A stretch of DNA of 51,376 nt, taken from NCBI GenBank assembly GCA_947176035.1, contig CAMWPJ010000001.1:1-51376 (forward strand), read 5' to 3'. Shown here in pieces: positions 1 through 10,600 of the stretch. Source of the DNA: an uncultured Clostridia bacterium. GTDB lineage: Bacteria; Bacillota; Clostridia; Oscillospirales; Acutalibacteraceae. Position 1 is the first letter of the stretch, and the number at the start of each line of letters is the position of its first letter. Below the pieces are notes generated by a model, which was not told the origin of the DNA, made no database searches, and worked only from the letters and a program-made list of their open reading frames with translations. The position numbers and the translations under genes were made by a program.

Positions 1-61
1 TAAGGCTTTTAATTTGGTTATCGTGGTCTTTGAGTTCAACTGCGATTTCTTCTGCTGTCAT
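1..61 (-). CDS. 5' fragment of probable lysis-cassette small protein (XhlA/holin-associated type), runs off the window
   Basis: RBS AAAGGAGG then ATG at 61; MTAEEIAVELKDHDNQIKSL...; position after tail fibre genes. Confidence 0.55.
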   Translation of the reverse strand, partial: MTAEEIAVELKDHDNQIKSL

Positions 62-90
62 CTGAAATAATCCTCCTTTCGTAAAATAGG

Positions 91-122
91 CATAAAAATA
101 ACCGTGTTCATTTTGACACGGT
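91..122 (-). terminator. Intrinsic terminator-like hairpin after tail genes
   Basis: ACCGTGT-caaaatga-ACACGGT followed by TATTTTTATG on the minus strand. Confidence 0.65.
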
Positions 123-368
123 CTATGAATTATTATCCTTGTCTGCCTGCATCTCCTCACTCCACGTTTGCGTAATAACCTCACCATCAATGTAAATCGG
201 CAATCTGTAACAGCCCTCCTGTGTTTCAGGGTAAGGCTCAATGTTTAAGTCCTTATACCCTAACGCTCTGATCCTGTCCTCAGGCGGATTGCTTGTTACT
301 GTTCCGTTTTCCTTGATATACGGCGGTGCTTTTTCTATTTCAGTTTCACTTATGAATTTATACAGCAT
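123..368 (-). CDS. Small tail-fibre-associated hypothetical protein
   Basis: 81 aa, overlaps the upstream gene; SNP...GYK pattern common in tail-distal small proteins. Confidence 0.6.
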   Translation of the reverse strand: MLYKFISETEIEKAPPYIKENGTVTSNPPEDRIRALGYKDLNIEPYPETQEGCYRLPIYIDGEVITQTWSEEMQADKDNNS

Positions 369-990
369 AGTTAAATGCCTCCTGTCCTATTATGTCATAC
401 TCAAATCTTCCGCTTACCTTATCATACAAGCAAGCTACTCCATTATTATCCAGCACAGGCACTGCGTGATAGATTTCTTCACCGGTTGCTTTATTGTAGC
501 CTATCAACTCATATAACCGCATTTTTACAAGTGAGTCAGTTCCATAATTCGGTGACGATGCTTTCAACTGACACTGACCGAACACACCAAGACCGACATC
601 ATCAGGCGGTGAGATTGGCAAATAAACCTTACCCTTATTCACTCCGTCCCATAACACATTGCCGTTAACATCGTTAAACAATATGGTATGGCGGTTTTTA
701 TCCACTGCCGTTTCTGATGCTATGGATGCACCACTCATTTTCTGTATCTGAAAACGATTGTTATATATTTTCAATGGTCTGTATCTGTGTCCGTCCGCAT
801 AATATGCACAGCAAAATCTGTTACTGCCTTCATACGTTGTTTGTGTCAACTGAAAATCCATATACACAGTTAAATTGTTTGACGGCTTCATAACGGTTTC
901 AATAACCTGCTTGCCTGTGCTTTCTATATATGAAAGCCTCTGATAGTTCGGCTTGGCTGAGAGCATTGCTCTTAATTTACTCCTGAGCAT
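358..990 (-). CDS. Tail-associated protein, possible lectin-like receptor-binding/accessory fibre domain
   Basis: LSYIESTGKQVIET and PVLDNNGVACLYDKVSGRF motifs typical of Firmicute phage tail-distal beta-rich proteins; start probably MLRSKLRAM (990). Confidence 0.6.
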   Translation of the reverse strand: MLRSKLRAMLSAKPNYQRLSYIESTGKQVIETVMKPSNNLTVYMDFQLTQTTYEGSNRFCCAYYADGHRYRPLKIYNNRFQIQKMSGASIASETAVDKNRHTILFNDVNGNVLWDGVNKGKVYLPISPPDDVGLGVFGQCQLKASSPNYGTDSLVKMRLYELIGYNKATGEEIYHAVPVLDNNGVACLYDKVSGRFEYDIIGQEAFNYAV

Positions 991-1798
991 AGGGCACACT
1001 TCTTGATACGGCATTGACATTGATTCCGTCATACCAGAACATCACGTTATATGTTGTATTGGCTGCAGGTACAAACACATTGTCAATAACATCATCACCT
1101 GTGAACAGGATTGTCTGCGGATAGCTCAGCGTAGTCGGCTTATTGCCGCTGTTGAACACAAGGCTTGAGATATAGTTAACAGGAACATTTGACGGCAATC
1201 TGAGTTGCAAATCTGTACAAATACTGTTTTTGCGGTATTCCGTATTATGACCAAGCACAAAAGATATTTCCGCTTCTGTATAAATAACAGGCTTCTCAGA
1301 TTCAAACTTCTCTTTTGTCCAATTTCGCAGATTTTCCACTGCTTCGGAAATCTTATCATCAATTACAGTTGAATCAAAGCCGTTATCCATTACAAGCTCA
1401 CCATTTTTCTTGCTTAATGTTGTAAACATTGTTGTAGGAACATCAGCACTAAAAACTACTTCAATAATAACAAGAAGGATATAGTCATCTTCCTGCATAC
1501 TTTCAGTCATTCTTGCAAGATAACCCTCGTCAGCAAACAAGGCATCATATTCCTCTATTGTTTTAATGACTACTATGTCCTTGAGTTTGCCTCTGTGTAA
1601 AGCTTGCTGTGCTTTTATATCAGCGAGGGAAATATCACCAATAATCTCAACCTCGTTTATTGTTGGAGGCTTTTGAACAATATTACCAACCAAATCTTCA
1701 ATTTTAAATCTTCCAAGTCCTTCTGAATTAGTTCCTATTACAGTTCCATCTATATCAAATGATAAAATATCAGTTTCTGATAATCTATTAAATCCCAT
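977..1798 (-). CDS. Tail fibre/appendage-associated protein
   Basis: 273 aa; C-terminal beta-rich domain (FNSGNKPTTLSYP...FWYDG); directly downstream of the tail fibre. Confidence 0.55.
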   Translation of the reverse strand: MGFNRLSETDILSFDIDGTVIGTNSEGLGRFKIEDLVGNIVQKPPTINEVEIIGDISLADIKAQQALHRGKLKDIVVIKTIEEYDALFADEGYLARMTESMQEDDYILLVIIEVVFSADVPTTMFTTLSKKNGELVMDNGFDSTVIDDKISEAVENLRNWTKEKFESEKPVIYTEAEISFVLGHNTEYRKNSICTDLQLRLPSNVPVNYISSLVFNSGNKPTTLSYPQTILFTGDDVIDNVFVPAANTTYNVMFWYDGINVNAVSRSVPYAQE

Positions 1799-3390
1799 TA
1801 CATATTACCTCCCATCATATTTTCAAGATTGTTTAGTCTTTGCTCTGTGGTCTGCATATACTTTTTAAAACCGGCGAGGCAGTAATAAGTAAGCGAATCA
1901 TAGTCAATATTCCAAGTTATTTCGCTATCATCACGTTTTAAGATTTCATCATCAGTAAGATCTTCAAGCTCAGGTATTATTTTTGGAATCTGAATCACAC
2001 TACCGTCTTTGTCGACTATTTCTTCATATTCGTCATAAATAACACTTGCTTGATACACACCTGAATTACGAATTCCAAGCTCCTGAAACAGTTTGAAAAC
2101 CTCTTGTGCAATTACTCCACACTTAACATCCTTTTCGCCTATAAAATTGAACTGTACTATTGAAAGTCTTTTAAGTATTTCTAAACCGATTTCAGCATCA
2201 TTAATATTTTCTTTCAGTTTAGCATCTGATGTATTCAAAGAATTTGAAGCATATATATTTGCCACTCTACGAGCTGAAGAACCTATAGAGGAATAGGTAT
2301 TTGCCTGTGAAGAGCCACCATTCACTATTCGATAGGGATACAACGTACCATTATTGGTTATGCCCCAGTATCTTCCGTCAGTAGCAGATACTTGTGTTCT
2401 GATACATATATTGCTCTTTGCGTGTAGGTGAGTATAGTTTGATTCATCATTGCCAATAAATATATTATTATCTGTTCCTAAACCTATAAGGGTATGTTCT
2501 TTACCGTCAGTTGATAAACCTTTTAAATACCTTCCATTTGCCAATTTAATATTCTGCTTACCATCAGTTATTAACTTTTTCAGCAAAGAATTAAGATCCG
2601 TTACTCCTGTTCCACCTCTTGATACTGAAAGAGTACCAGAGGTTATATCAGTAGCAGAATGAGTATGTACAGATTTTGCAGCACTGATTTTTTCTGTCGT
2701 AACGCCATGCGGATTATCTTTATTTGCAATATGTGTTATAAGCACAGAAATATGTTTTTTTACTTTGCCCCATAATATACTTGCGGTGTCACCTGAATTT
2801 ATATTGTCATTGGTTTTTGATTCTGTAAACGTTGGACAAGCATCATCTACAGAAACATTTTCAACACGTTCAAGTCCAATATCCTCAGCTGTTACATTAT
2901 GAGGATTTTCCTTATTGTTAATATGTTCCTCAACAACTTCTTTGCTTGCATATGCTGAATATTCACCGATTATTGCACTTACGTGTTCTGCATCACCTAT
3001 ACAAATATTTATGTCATTCTCTAACATAACAAGTGATTCTGAATTAACAGAAGAAATCGGCTGAGGAGTACCTTCATTGTAAGCATAAGAAAACAGAAAT
3101 TCGTTATCGTTTTCATCAAGTGCAAACAAAGCGTATTCAGTCCAGTCAAAAGTATTTTCAACAGATGCACAATCAAGCTGCCAATGAATTATGGCATTAG
3201 TACCATTTCTTTCATAGCTTGTAAGATTACCAAAACACACAAAGTTTTGCATTTGTGTTATATCTTCAAAATCAATTGAAGGTCTTTCACCGTTACCAAG
3301 TCCAACTCTGGAAAAACGCAGTGTTGCACCTTCAATAGTTTTAAGCATCTGTGCCTGTGCATTTTTAGTCGGTTTTAATCTGGGAAACAT
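1798..3390 (-). CDS. Tail fibre with N-terminal baseplate-attachment domain and C-terminal peptidase S74 intramolecular chaperone
   Basis: Two HxxNKxNPHxVT repeats, GTLSVSRGGTG, SDAKLKENI...GVIAQEV S74 motifs, terminal coiled coil; RBS AAGGAG before ATG 3390. Confidence 0.85.
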   Translation of the reverse strand: MFPRLKPTKNAQAQMLKTIEGATLRFSRVGLGNGERPSIDFEDITQMQNFVCFGNLTSYERNGTNAIIHWQLDCASVENTFDWTEYALFALDENDNEFLFSYAYNEGTPQPISSVNSESLVMLENDINICIGDAEHVSAIIGEYSAYASKEVVEEHINNKENPHNVTAEDIGLERVENVSVDDACPTFTESKTNDNINSGDTASILWGKVKKHISVLITHIANKDNPHGVTTEKISAAKSVHTHSATDITSGTLSVSRGGTGVTDLNSLLKKLITDGKQNIKLANGRYLKGLSTDGKEHTLIGLGTDNNIFIGNDESNYTHLHAKSNICIRTQVSATDGRYWGITNNGTLYPYRIVNGGSSQANTYSSIGSSARRVANIYASNSLNTSDAKLKENINDAEIGLEILKRLSIVQFNFIGEKDVKCGVIAQEVFKLFQELGIRNSGVYQASVIYDEYEEIVDKDGSVIQIPKIIPELEDLTDDEILKRDDSEITWNIDYDSLTYYCLAGFKKYMQTTEQRLNNLENMMGGNM

Positions 3391-4102
3391 CAGCAACACT
3401 CCTTTCCTCAATTAAAATATTTCCATCATCATCTAAAAGCATATTATTGTCATCATCAACAAACCAAGTAGGAGTATTAGAATAGTCAATCTCTTCTGAG
3501 TTTTGTTGAAAATGCAATCTAAATACTGAAATTTGTGCAAGACCAATTTTAGAATCTGTTTCAAAAACAATGTCATAGAATTTTTTTAAGTGTGCCGGCA
3601 ATCTAACATCAAGAATTCTTACGTTTTCCACATAATCAGATATTGAATCTGAATAACGTGGCACTTTAAGTTTTATTCTTAATAAAAAGTTTCCATTTTC
3701 GTCCTGTTCGTCAAAGTAGGTTTCAGCCTCAAGATTGTAACTTGCGGATGTTTCTTTGATAACAGATGCAGAAATCTTTCCATAGCCTCTAAAATGGGCT
3801 GTAAGCACTTTTTTTCTATCATCCAATGTCTGATTACTTGCAGGAATAATACTCAAAAATTCCTCAAGTGAGGCAACTGCATCATAGTCCATATAATTAA
3901 TAAACATATTGTTTAAGACTATTTCAAATGCAATTTCAGCAGCATCAAGAACTTTTCCTTGTGCTTTCAAAATTTCTTGCATTTCATAAATGCGGTCGTA
4001 AAAACGAGGATAATAGCTCTTAATCAATTCATAGTTGTTTTGGTTACTTTCAAACCATAAGTATCTTTGATTACACTCCGTGCGTAAATATAACTTATTC
4101 AT
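3365..4102 (-). CDS. Baseplate wedge protein, XkdU/DUF2313-like
   Basis: YYPRFY..EMQEIL, FI......LEEFL.I.P...TLDDRK, PAHL motifs; follows baseplate J. Confidence 0.85.
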   Translation of the reverse strand: MNKLYLRTECNQRYLWFESNQNNYELIKSYYPRFYDRIYEMQEILKAQGKVLDAAEIAFEIVLNNMFINYMDYDAVASLEEFLSIIPASNQTLDDRKKVLTAHFRGYGKISASVIKETSASYNLEAETYFDEQDENGNFLLRIKLKVPRYSDSISDYVENVRILDVRLPAHLKKFYDIVFETDSKIGLAQISVFRLHFQQNSEEIDYSNTPTWFVDDDNNMLLDDDGNILIEERSVADVSQIKTD

Positions 4103-5246
4103 TGAACACAATCTCCTTAAGGTTTGGAATTTCACCTGCAGGAACAATATAATTTAATGATTTACCATTTATTAAAACACCTTCAAAATCTTCAATGCCA
4201 TTAGAAGATGCTATTATTGAACTAACCTGAATTAGTTTAACAGTTATATTCTTTTTAGCATCATAAGATTTTGTAAGTGATGAAAAATAGTTTGCAATAT
4301 TTTTTCTAATAACAGATGTTGCCTCTTCCTTGCTGATTCCTTCAGATAAAAGGGGATTCAATATGGTTACTGCAATATCATTATTAACAGCTGTTACCGC
4401 TAAGAAATGTGCTCCGATAGGTGCCACTCCTTCGCCTATACCATCACCGACAATAAGCTCTTCACCATCAATAACAACCTTAGTATTGCGTGTTATAGGG
4501 TCTATAAAATCCTGTACAGTCTTAACTATTTCATTAGTACAAGGTTGATTATTGCTATCAGTTAAAACCGCCTTAACGGTATTAGGACCAGCAAACAAAG
4601 GGAATATAGTAGCAGTACCAACACCCTTTATGTTTTCGCACCACGTTTTATACTGTTGAGCGTTTGCATTTTCAGCTGGTGCGGAAAGCATTTCCTGAAT
4701 TCTTAATCTGAAAGCATCGTCATCCTCTTCATCGATACCACTGCGTATGATGTTGCCAATCCTTGCACTTGCTAAATCATCTATTGTTTCAACAGGCAAA
4801 GCGGAAGTACCAACAGGAATATTATTACTATCAGTTCCCGGTGTTTCAGCCTCAATATAAAAACTTTCATCTTCACTCTGTCTAAGAATAAAATACATTC
4901 CATCAACAATGAATCTGTCGCCTTCCTCAATATCAACTTCCTCAAACGGTATACCTGTGGCAGCTGTAAGGGTAATATTATATTGAGATGTTTGAGCCTC
5001 TTCACGTTTTAACTTGCTCATATAGAGGTTAGCTGCAAGGATGTCAAGACTTTCGCCTGTTGCTGTTCTCACTGAGCTTTGTTCTGATATAATGTTTGCA
5101 TCAATAAACAATTGTGCAAGTCTGTTGAAAGATCCTGAAATGGCATCAAAAAAAATGCTGCCTTGACGAGTATCAATATCCTCAGGAGCGTTTTTTATTG
5201 CTTGTTCAATAAGTTCATCAGCTGTATATTCATTAAAAAGCGCCAT
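4095..5246 (-). CDS. Baseplate J/gp47 family protein (XkdT-like)
   Basis: DTRQGSIFFDA, GIDEEDDDAFRLR, YKTW, GDGIGEGVAPIGA motifs. Confidence 0.92.
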   Translation of the reverse strand: MALFNEYTADELIEQAIKNAPEDIDTRQGSIFFDAISGSFNRLAQLFIDANIISEQSSVRTATGESLDILAANLYMSKLKREEAQTSQYNITLTAATGIPFEEVDIEEGDRFIVDGMYFILRQSEDESFYIEAETPGTDSNNIPVGTSALPVETIDDLASARIGNIIRSGIDEEDDDAFRLRIQEMLSAPAENANAQQYKTWCENIKGVGTATIFPLFAGPNTVKAVLTDSNNQPCTNEIVKTVQDFIDPITRNTKVVIDGEELIVGDGIGEGVAPIGAHFLAVTAVNNDIAVTILNPLLSEGISKEEATSVIRKNIANYFSSLTKSYDAKKNITVKLIQVSSIIASSNGIEDFEGVLINGKSLNYIVPAGEIPNLKEIVFNE

Positions 5247-5674
5247 TATACCACCTCCTCAATTTGAATATCTCCGTAAATGGTATGGGCTGTAAAACTA
5301 ATGTGTGCCTTGTCTTTTTCAAGAGTTATTTCAAAGTCACCTACGTCAATTATTCTTTCATCAGGAACTAAGGCATCACGTGTATAATCAGGAATAATTG
5401 TCTTCAAATATGCCTCGCTGCTATTTTCTTTAATAACATCCTCTTTTATTTCGCTTCCATACTGGTCGTTATAAATCAGACATTTGAATCGTGGAGTAAT
5501 AACAGCTTTCACAATTGCCTGTTTAACTGATTCCACACCATCAATCTTACCACCTATTCGGCCTCTCTCGAAATCAATTGTATAGGTTTTCGTGGGTATT
5601 TCATACTCACTCTCAATATCATCTATAGGGATTTCCGTTAATAAATCATCATTTGCCACGTTAAACCCTCCCAA
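5246..5674 (-). CDS. Baseplate protein XkdS/DUF2634-like (sheath initiator)
   Basis: KTYTIDFERGRI, TPRFKCLIY..QYGSE, TIYGD motifs. Confidence 0.88.
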   Translation of the reverse strand: MGGFNVANDDLLTEIPIDDIESEYEIPTKTYTIDFERGRIGGKIDGVESVKQAIVKAVITPRFKCLIYNDQYGSEIKEDVIKENSSEAYLKTIIPDYTRDALVPDERIIDVGDFEITLEKDKAHISFTAHTIYGDIQIEEVV

Positions 5675-5963
5675 CTATAAGATATAAATTGCCATTGTTA
5701 ATGCTTAAGATAATAACATTATCATTTTTCTGCAAAGCATTTTTCAATGTAATGATTTTCTCCTCACCATTTATGTTGACAATATAATCTTTATCCTTTA
5801 AGTGTTCAGGAACTATCAGTAAAGCCTCTGAAACTCTTTGATTTGAGTCATTCTGCAATTCAATAGTAAGTGGTGACACTTTATTTACTCTACCGTAAAA
5901 TAATCCTGTACCTTCTGTGGTACAGGATTGAATAATTTGTTTTATGCTTGTTGCTGGCATCAT
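5661..5963 (-). CDS. Baseplate spike-like protein XkdR/DUF2577
   Basis: GRV..VSPL.I, LIVPEHL, NAL...DNV motifs; synteny. Confidence 0.85.
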   Translation of the reverse strand: MMPATSIKQIIQSCTTEGTGLFYGRVNKVSPLTIELQNDSNQRVSEALLIVPEHLKDKDYIVNINGEEKIITLKNALQKNDNVIILSINNGNLYLIVGRV

Positions 5964-5973
5964 TACACCCCCA

Positions 5974-6957
5974 TCAATATTCAAGGTCCGTTGTCTTTTG
6001 TAATTTCAAAGACATTGTATATTTTTCTCTATCGAAAGTATGCGTGTCTGATACAATATAAAATGATTTTTTTATTTTCATATCAGGAATAATAACAAAT
6101 GCACCTCGTCCAGTTTGCATTGCTATTAAACCCAGAGCAGTTATATTTAATATCTGCTCTGGGTTTTTGCTTTCTTTAAGAAGAGAATTAGCCAACGATT
6201 TCAACTTACTTTTTTTCTTAGTAGTTTCTTCATCCGGCTTATTGATATCTTGAAATATGCCGATATGATTTTCAAGTTCAGCATCCTTTGCTGTGGCAAG
6301 AATTTCATTTTTTCCAGAATATAATTTAATTCGTGTTTTGACTTTTTCAATGCTATTAGAAAAAGTCCACGAAATAATATTAGTATCTGTTTCAAGCAGC
6401 CATTTAACAATATTCTCTCGACGAACAATTAAATTCAACTTATTATCAGTACACGTAACAGCGTGACGTATACCTGTGCTTTTGTATTCCTCCTGCAATG
6501 CTGTTTGGATAACATCCCAAGGTGTTGTTGATTTTGATATTTCATCAATTACTTTTTTGCAGGAACACACAGAACCAATACTAATACCGAATCGCTTACA
6601 CACATCTTTGAATATCTCATCCGCTTTTTTCTTTTTATAATGAAAAGCATCTTTGTTATTTGAAAGACGTATGCCAACATCAGCTGCCTTAAAAGTCATT
6701 ACCCTTTTATTGCTGTTACTTGTTTTTAAAATTAACCCTTTAAATAAACATTCATTACTGTATTTGAAAATACAATAAAAGCCTTTTATAACATCTATAT
6801 CAGCACGTTTAAATTGTGGGGAATCTAATAAAGTTACCTCTAATGTACGTGAAGGAGTACCATCTCGGCCAGACCATACAACCTTTTGAACAAGTTGTGA
6901 TATATCAAATAAATTATTGCTATTTTCATAAATAAGCACTTGAATTAACATTGACAT
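5974..6957 (-). CDS. Baseplate hub protein XkdQ/YqbQ-like
   Basis: VVWSG....SRTL, SDTHTF...YTMSLKL motifs; synteny. Confidence 0.88.
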   Translation of the reverse strand: MSMLIQVLIYENSNNLFDISQLVQKVVWSGRDGTPSRTLEVTLLDSPQFKRADIDVIKGFYCIFKYSNECLFKGLILKTSNSNKRVMTFKAADVGIRLSNNKDAFHYKKKKADEIFKDVCKRFGISIGSVCSCKKVIDEISKSTTPWDVIQTALQEEYKSTGIRHAVTCTDNKLNLIVRRENIVKWLLETDTNIISWTFSNSIEKVKTRIKLYSGKNEILATAKDAELENHIGIFQDINKPDEETTKKKSKLKSLANSLLKESKNPEQILNITALGLIAMQTGRGAFVIIPDMKIKKSFYIVSDTHTFDREKYTMSLKLQKTTDLEY

Positions 6958-6971
6958 AATAAACCTCCTGC

Positions 6972-7664
6972 TTATTTAGGTAATTCAAGAATTGTACCAG
7001 GGAAAATCCAATGTCCTGTGGATGAAGACTTATAACCATGCTGTTTTGCCGTTTTCTCTATAACGGTTTGATTAAGATTATAAATCTCTCTCCACCTGCT
7101 TGAATTTCCTAATTCTCTTTTGGCAATATTATATAAACAATCACCACTTTTAATTGTATAGGTTTTAGCCATTGGTTTTGTTGATGTACGCTGTTTATTG
7201 TTTGTCTTTGTTGTTTTTTTATTGTTGGTTTTGATTTGATTTACTGTAACTGAGCGATATTCCTTAAATGAAATCGAATAATCAATTGTTCCGGGATCAT
7301 CACCGCTCTCAGAATATTCAAATTTATCAATTACAACATCTACCGTCAAGCCGACAAACTTATTGTTTGCACGTGCAAGAACAAGTTTAACAACAGATTT
7401 ATCATTTATAAACTTCTGTATTTGTGATACATAGGTTTTAGGACTGCTTATTTTCTTAATGGAACCACTGAATGGATATAATGGGAATATTGATGAAAAA
7501 GAGTATTGAACAGCCTTTCGACCTTGCTTAATAACAATCTCTCCAAATTCTATAACGGAAACAGAGGAGTTTCCCGAATTGTAAGAAATCTTTATTTCTT
7601 CCGGCAATACAGGAATTTGTAATTTGGTTTTGCTGCATTTAATATACATCTCATCAGTACTCAT
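6972..7664 (-). CDS. LysM-domain tail tube initiator XkdP-like
   Basis: IPVLPEEI, YSISFKEYR and C-terminal LysM YTIKSGDCLYNIAK...IFPGTILELP. Confidence 0.92.
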   Translation of the reverse strand: MSTDEMYIKCSKTKLQIPVLPEEIKISYNSGNSSVSVIEFGEIVIKQGRKAVQYSFSSIFPLYPFSGSIKKISSPKTYVSQIQKFINDKSVVKLVLARANNKFVGLTVDVVIDKFEYSESGDDPGTIDYSISFKEYRSVTVNQIKTNNKKTTKTNNKQRTSTKPMAKTYTIKSGDCLYNIAKRELGNSSRWREIYNLNQTVIEKTAKQHGYKSSSTGHWIFPGTILELPK

Positions 7665-10600
7665 ATGAACCATCTCCCTCCTCTGCGATTTCTTCTGATA
7701 CAATATTGAGCAACACATCTTTCAAATTGTTTTGCATTACTTCAACAATTTGTTCTTTATCAACATTACCTGAAAAAGACATTTTACCGCTGCTGTTAAT
7801 TTCAATGTGTATCGTTTTTTCGGTGCTTTGTACAGGTGTGGATGTGTTGACAACAGGTGCAGTATAATATGGCAATAATTCAGTAGGCGGAGCGTCATAA
7901 TACATATCACCGACTGCCTCGACAATCTTCATTGTTTCGGAATGAGGAAATACAGTTGAACCTTGCTTATCAAGAATAAGTTCAGGACCAGCCTCACCGG
8001 CAATATAGGCACTCTCACCATAGGTAGTACCGCTTGCGTGCCCTGGTAATTTAGGACTTGCCGCACCACCACTATTCAAGGCAGCAGTGGTAGCCTGTGC
8101 AACTGCTGTTGCAGCTGACGTAGCACCAAATACACCTGATTTGATATTTGCAATGTAGGCATCAATTGTCTTTTTAGCCGCACTTGCAGCCTCACCAGAC
8201 ATTTCCATATCAGAAACAGCCTGATCCATTCGACTTTGAATGCCGTCCATTTTTTCGTCAAAATCAGTTTCCATTTTGCCGACTTGAGTAGACCATTTTT
8301 CTTTTGCTGATTCAACCTGTTCCATTTTGGAATTAAAACCTTCAACAAACTCTGTTGCTGCTTCAGGTCCTTTCTTTCCAAGTGATTCAGCTTGCGACAC
8401 CAGTGCATTTAAATATCCTGCACTTTGTTCAGTACCATCACTTAGTGAAGAAATAAGCGAGTCACTAAAGCCTAACTCTGCCGCCTTAGAAAGATTTTCC
8501 GTATATGTATTAAGATAATCAATTTGGCTTTGCAGATTAGTTTGCATTTGGGATGTAGACAATTCGGATTTTGTTTGCATTTTATCAAACAAACCTATTT
8601 GTCCATCAATGCTATCGTATGCTGCCTCATATGCTTCATTATAGGCATCAATCAGCTCCATAACTTCGCTTGTGGTGCTTGTTACAACCTGATTGAAAGC
8701 ACTTTCAATCGTATAGCTGGTACTTTCAATAGTATCAGCAGTTCCAGCTAACTTGTTCTGTATATCTTCAATTTGAGCCTCATAATCCGCACTAATATTA
8801 ACAAGCTTATCGTAAGCTTCCTGAGCCTCTTCAAGTTCTTTTTTAGCACTATGTGTCATAGCCCAATGACTTAAATCAATAATTCCAGCAGATTGTCCCG
8901 TATCAGTCATATTCTGAACGTGTTCAGCATAAGCAGCCTCAGCCTCGTCATATGCTCTCTGTGCAGCTTCAAGTTGAGTTTTAGCCTGTTCCTCTTCAAG
9001 CATATTTTCGCCTAACGCATTATAAAAATCCTCATATTGTTTCTTAGCAGCATCAACATAAGCAGATTGTTTTATGGTGTCATAGTATTTCTTAATATCT
9101 TCGGCACTTTTGTTTGTTTTTCCTGTAGTCTTATCAAAGGTAAGACCAAGACCTTCAACCTTAGAATTAAGTAAATCTACTACTACACCTAATTCCGTCT
9201 GCTCTGCTAAGGTTAATTCCGATTTACCTGCTAATGCAGAATACTTATCTGTTAATTGAGAAATTGTGTAATCACCAACTGCTTGTGATTTTGTCAGTTC
9301 GTTACAACTGTCGATTAAATCATCATGCTTTTGAATTGCATTATCAACAGTTTGATGCCATTCCTCAAGTGTCATTCTACTTGCTTCAAATTTACCTGTG
9401 GCAATTTCGATATTAGTAGCAAGCTCAACGGCTTTATCAGAGGTTTCACCCTCAGCCGCTGCAACTTCATCATATTGCGACTGCAAACTCTGCAATTCGT
9501 TATACTGTTCTTTAGATGCAGCGGTAAGGGAATTATATTCCTCGTTTGCATCTTTCATAACATTTATAAGAACGCCAGCGGCAGTTACCACACCTGTAAT
9601 AACAGGTACAATCCAAAATATTGGATTCGCATTCATTGCAGCATTAAAAGCAGTTTGTACTACTGTACCATATTTGGTAACAGTATTATAGGCGGTTACC
9701 CCAATAGTAAGAGCTGCCACACCTACAGTTGCACCAGTTATAATAGCGGTAACGGCAGGAGCTTTTTCAAGTCCTGAACCCACCATATCAAAAATATCGG
9801 CAGTCACGCTATAAACGTCCTTTAGAGAACTGTTTAGCTGATCGCCGATAACTATGCTTAAATTCTTTGCAGAATTGTTCATACGATTATGAGCAAACTC
9901 TGTTGTATCTGCCATAATGGCATACGCTGAGGCAGTTGCACCAGTGCTATTCTCAACAGCCTCAAGGTTATTATTAAATTGGTCTAATCCCTGATTGATG
10001 ATAGCCATAGCCGCCTTACCAGCCTCCTGACTACCAAACATATTTATCATTGCTTCGGAATTTCTTCCCACTCGGTCATATACTACACCAAGAACATCCG
10101 CAAGGGATTGACCTTCATTCATCAATTGTCCGAACGATTGACCTGTTTCTTCTTTTAAGACCTTTCCGATTTCAGAGCCTGTGTTACCAAGTTCATTGAG
10201 CATACCTGATAAGTAAGTAGTACCTTCTGCAGTACTGATACCAGCCTTTGTAATGGATATATAGCCACTTTCAACATTTCCGAGTGAAACATTATAAGCA
10301 GCAGCTGTACTGATTGCTTTACCCATATTAGCGGCCAACTGGTCTACTGTGGTAACACCCAAATTTTGAACAGTAATAAGTGAATCAGAAACATCCGATA
10401 CGCTTTTGATTTGGTCGCCGTAACTGTTCATTGCTGTTTCAAGAACGGACAAGGCTGATGCCTCGTTAGTAAAACCTGCTGTGGCTAAATTCGAGGATGT
10501 CTTTGCCATATTAACCGATTCTTCAACAGCGGTACCAGCTGAAATAGCATTATATGCAACATCTGTTAAGTCAGACGCATATTTACCTGTATCAGAGGAT

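Noticed and set aside
123-3390. Diversity-generating retroelement targeting tail genes
   Set aside because: No reverse transcriptase and no TR/VR pair differing at adenines seen in the window; one could lie outside it.
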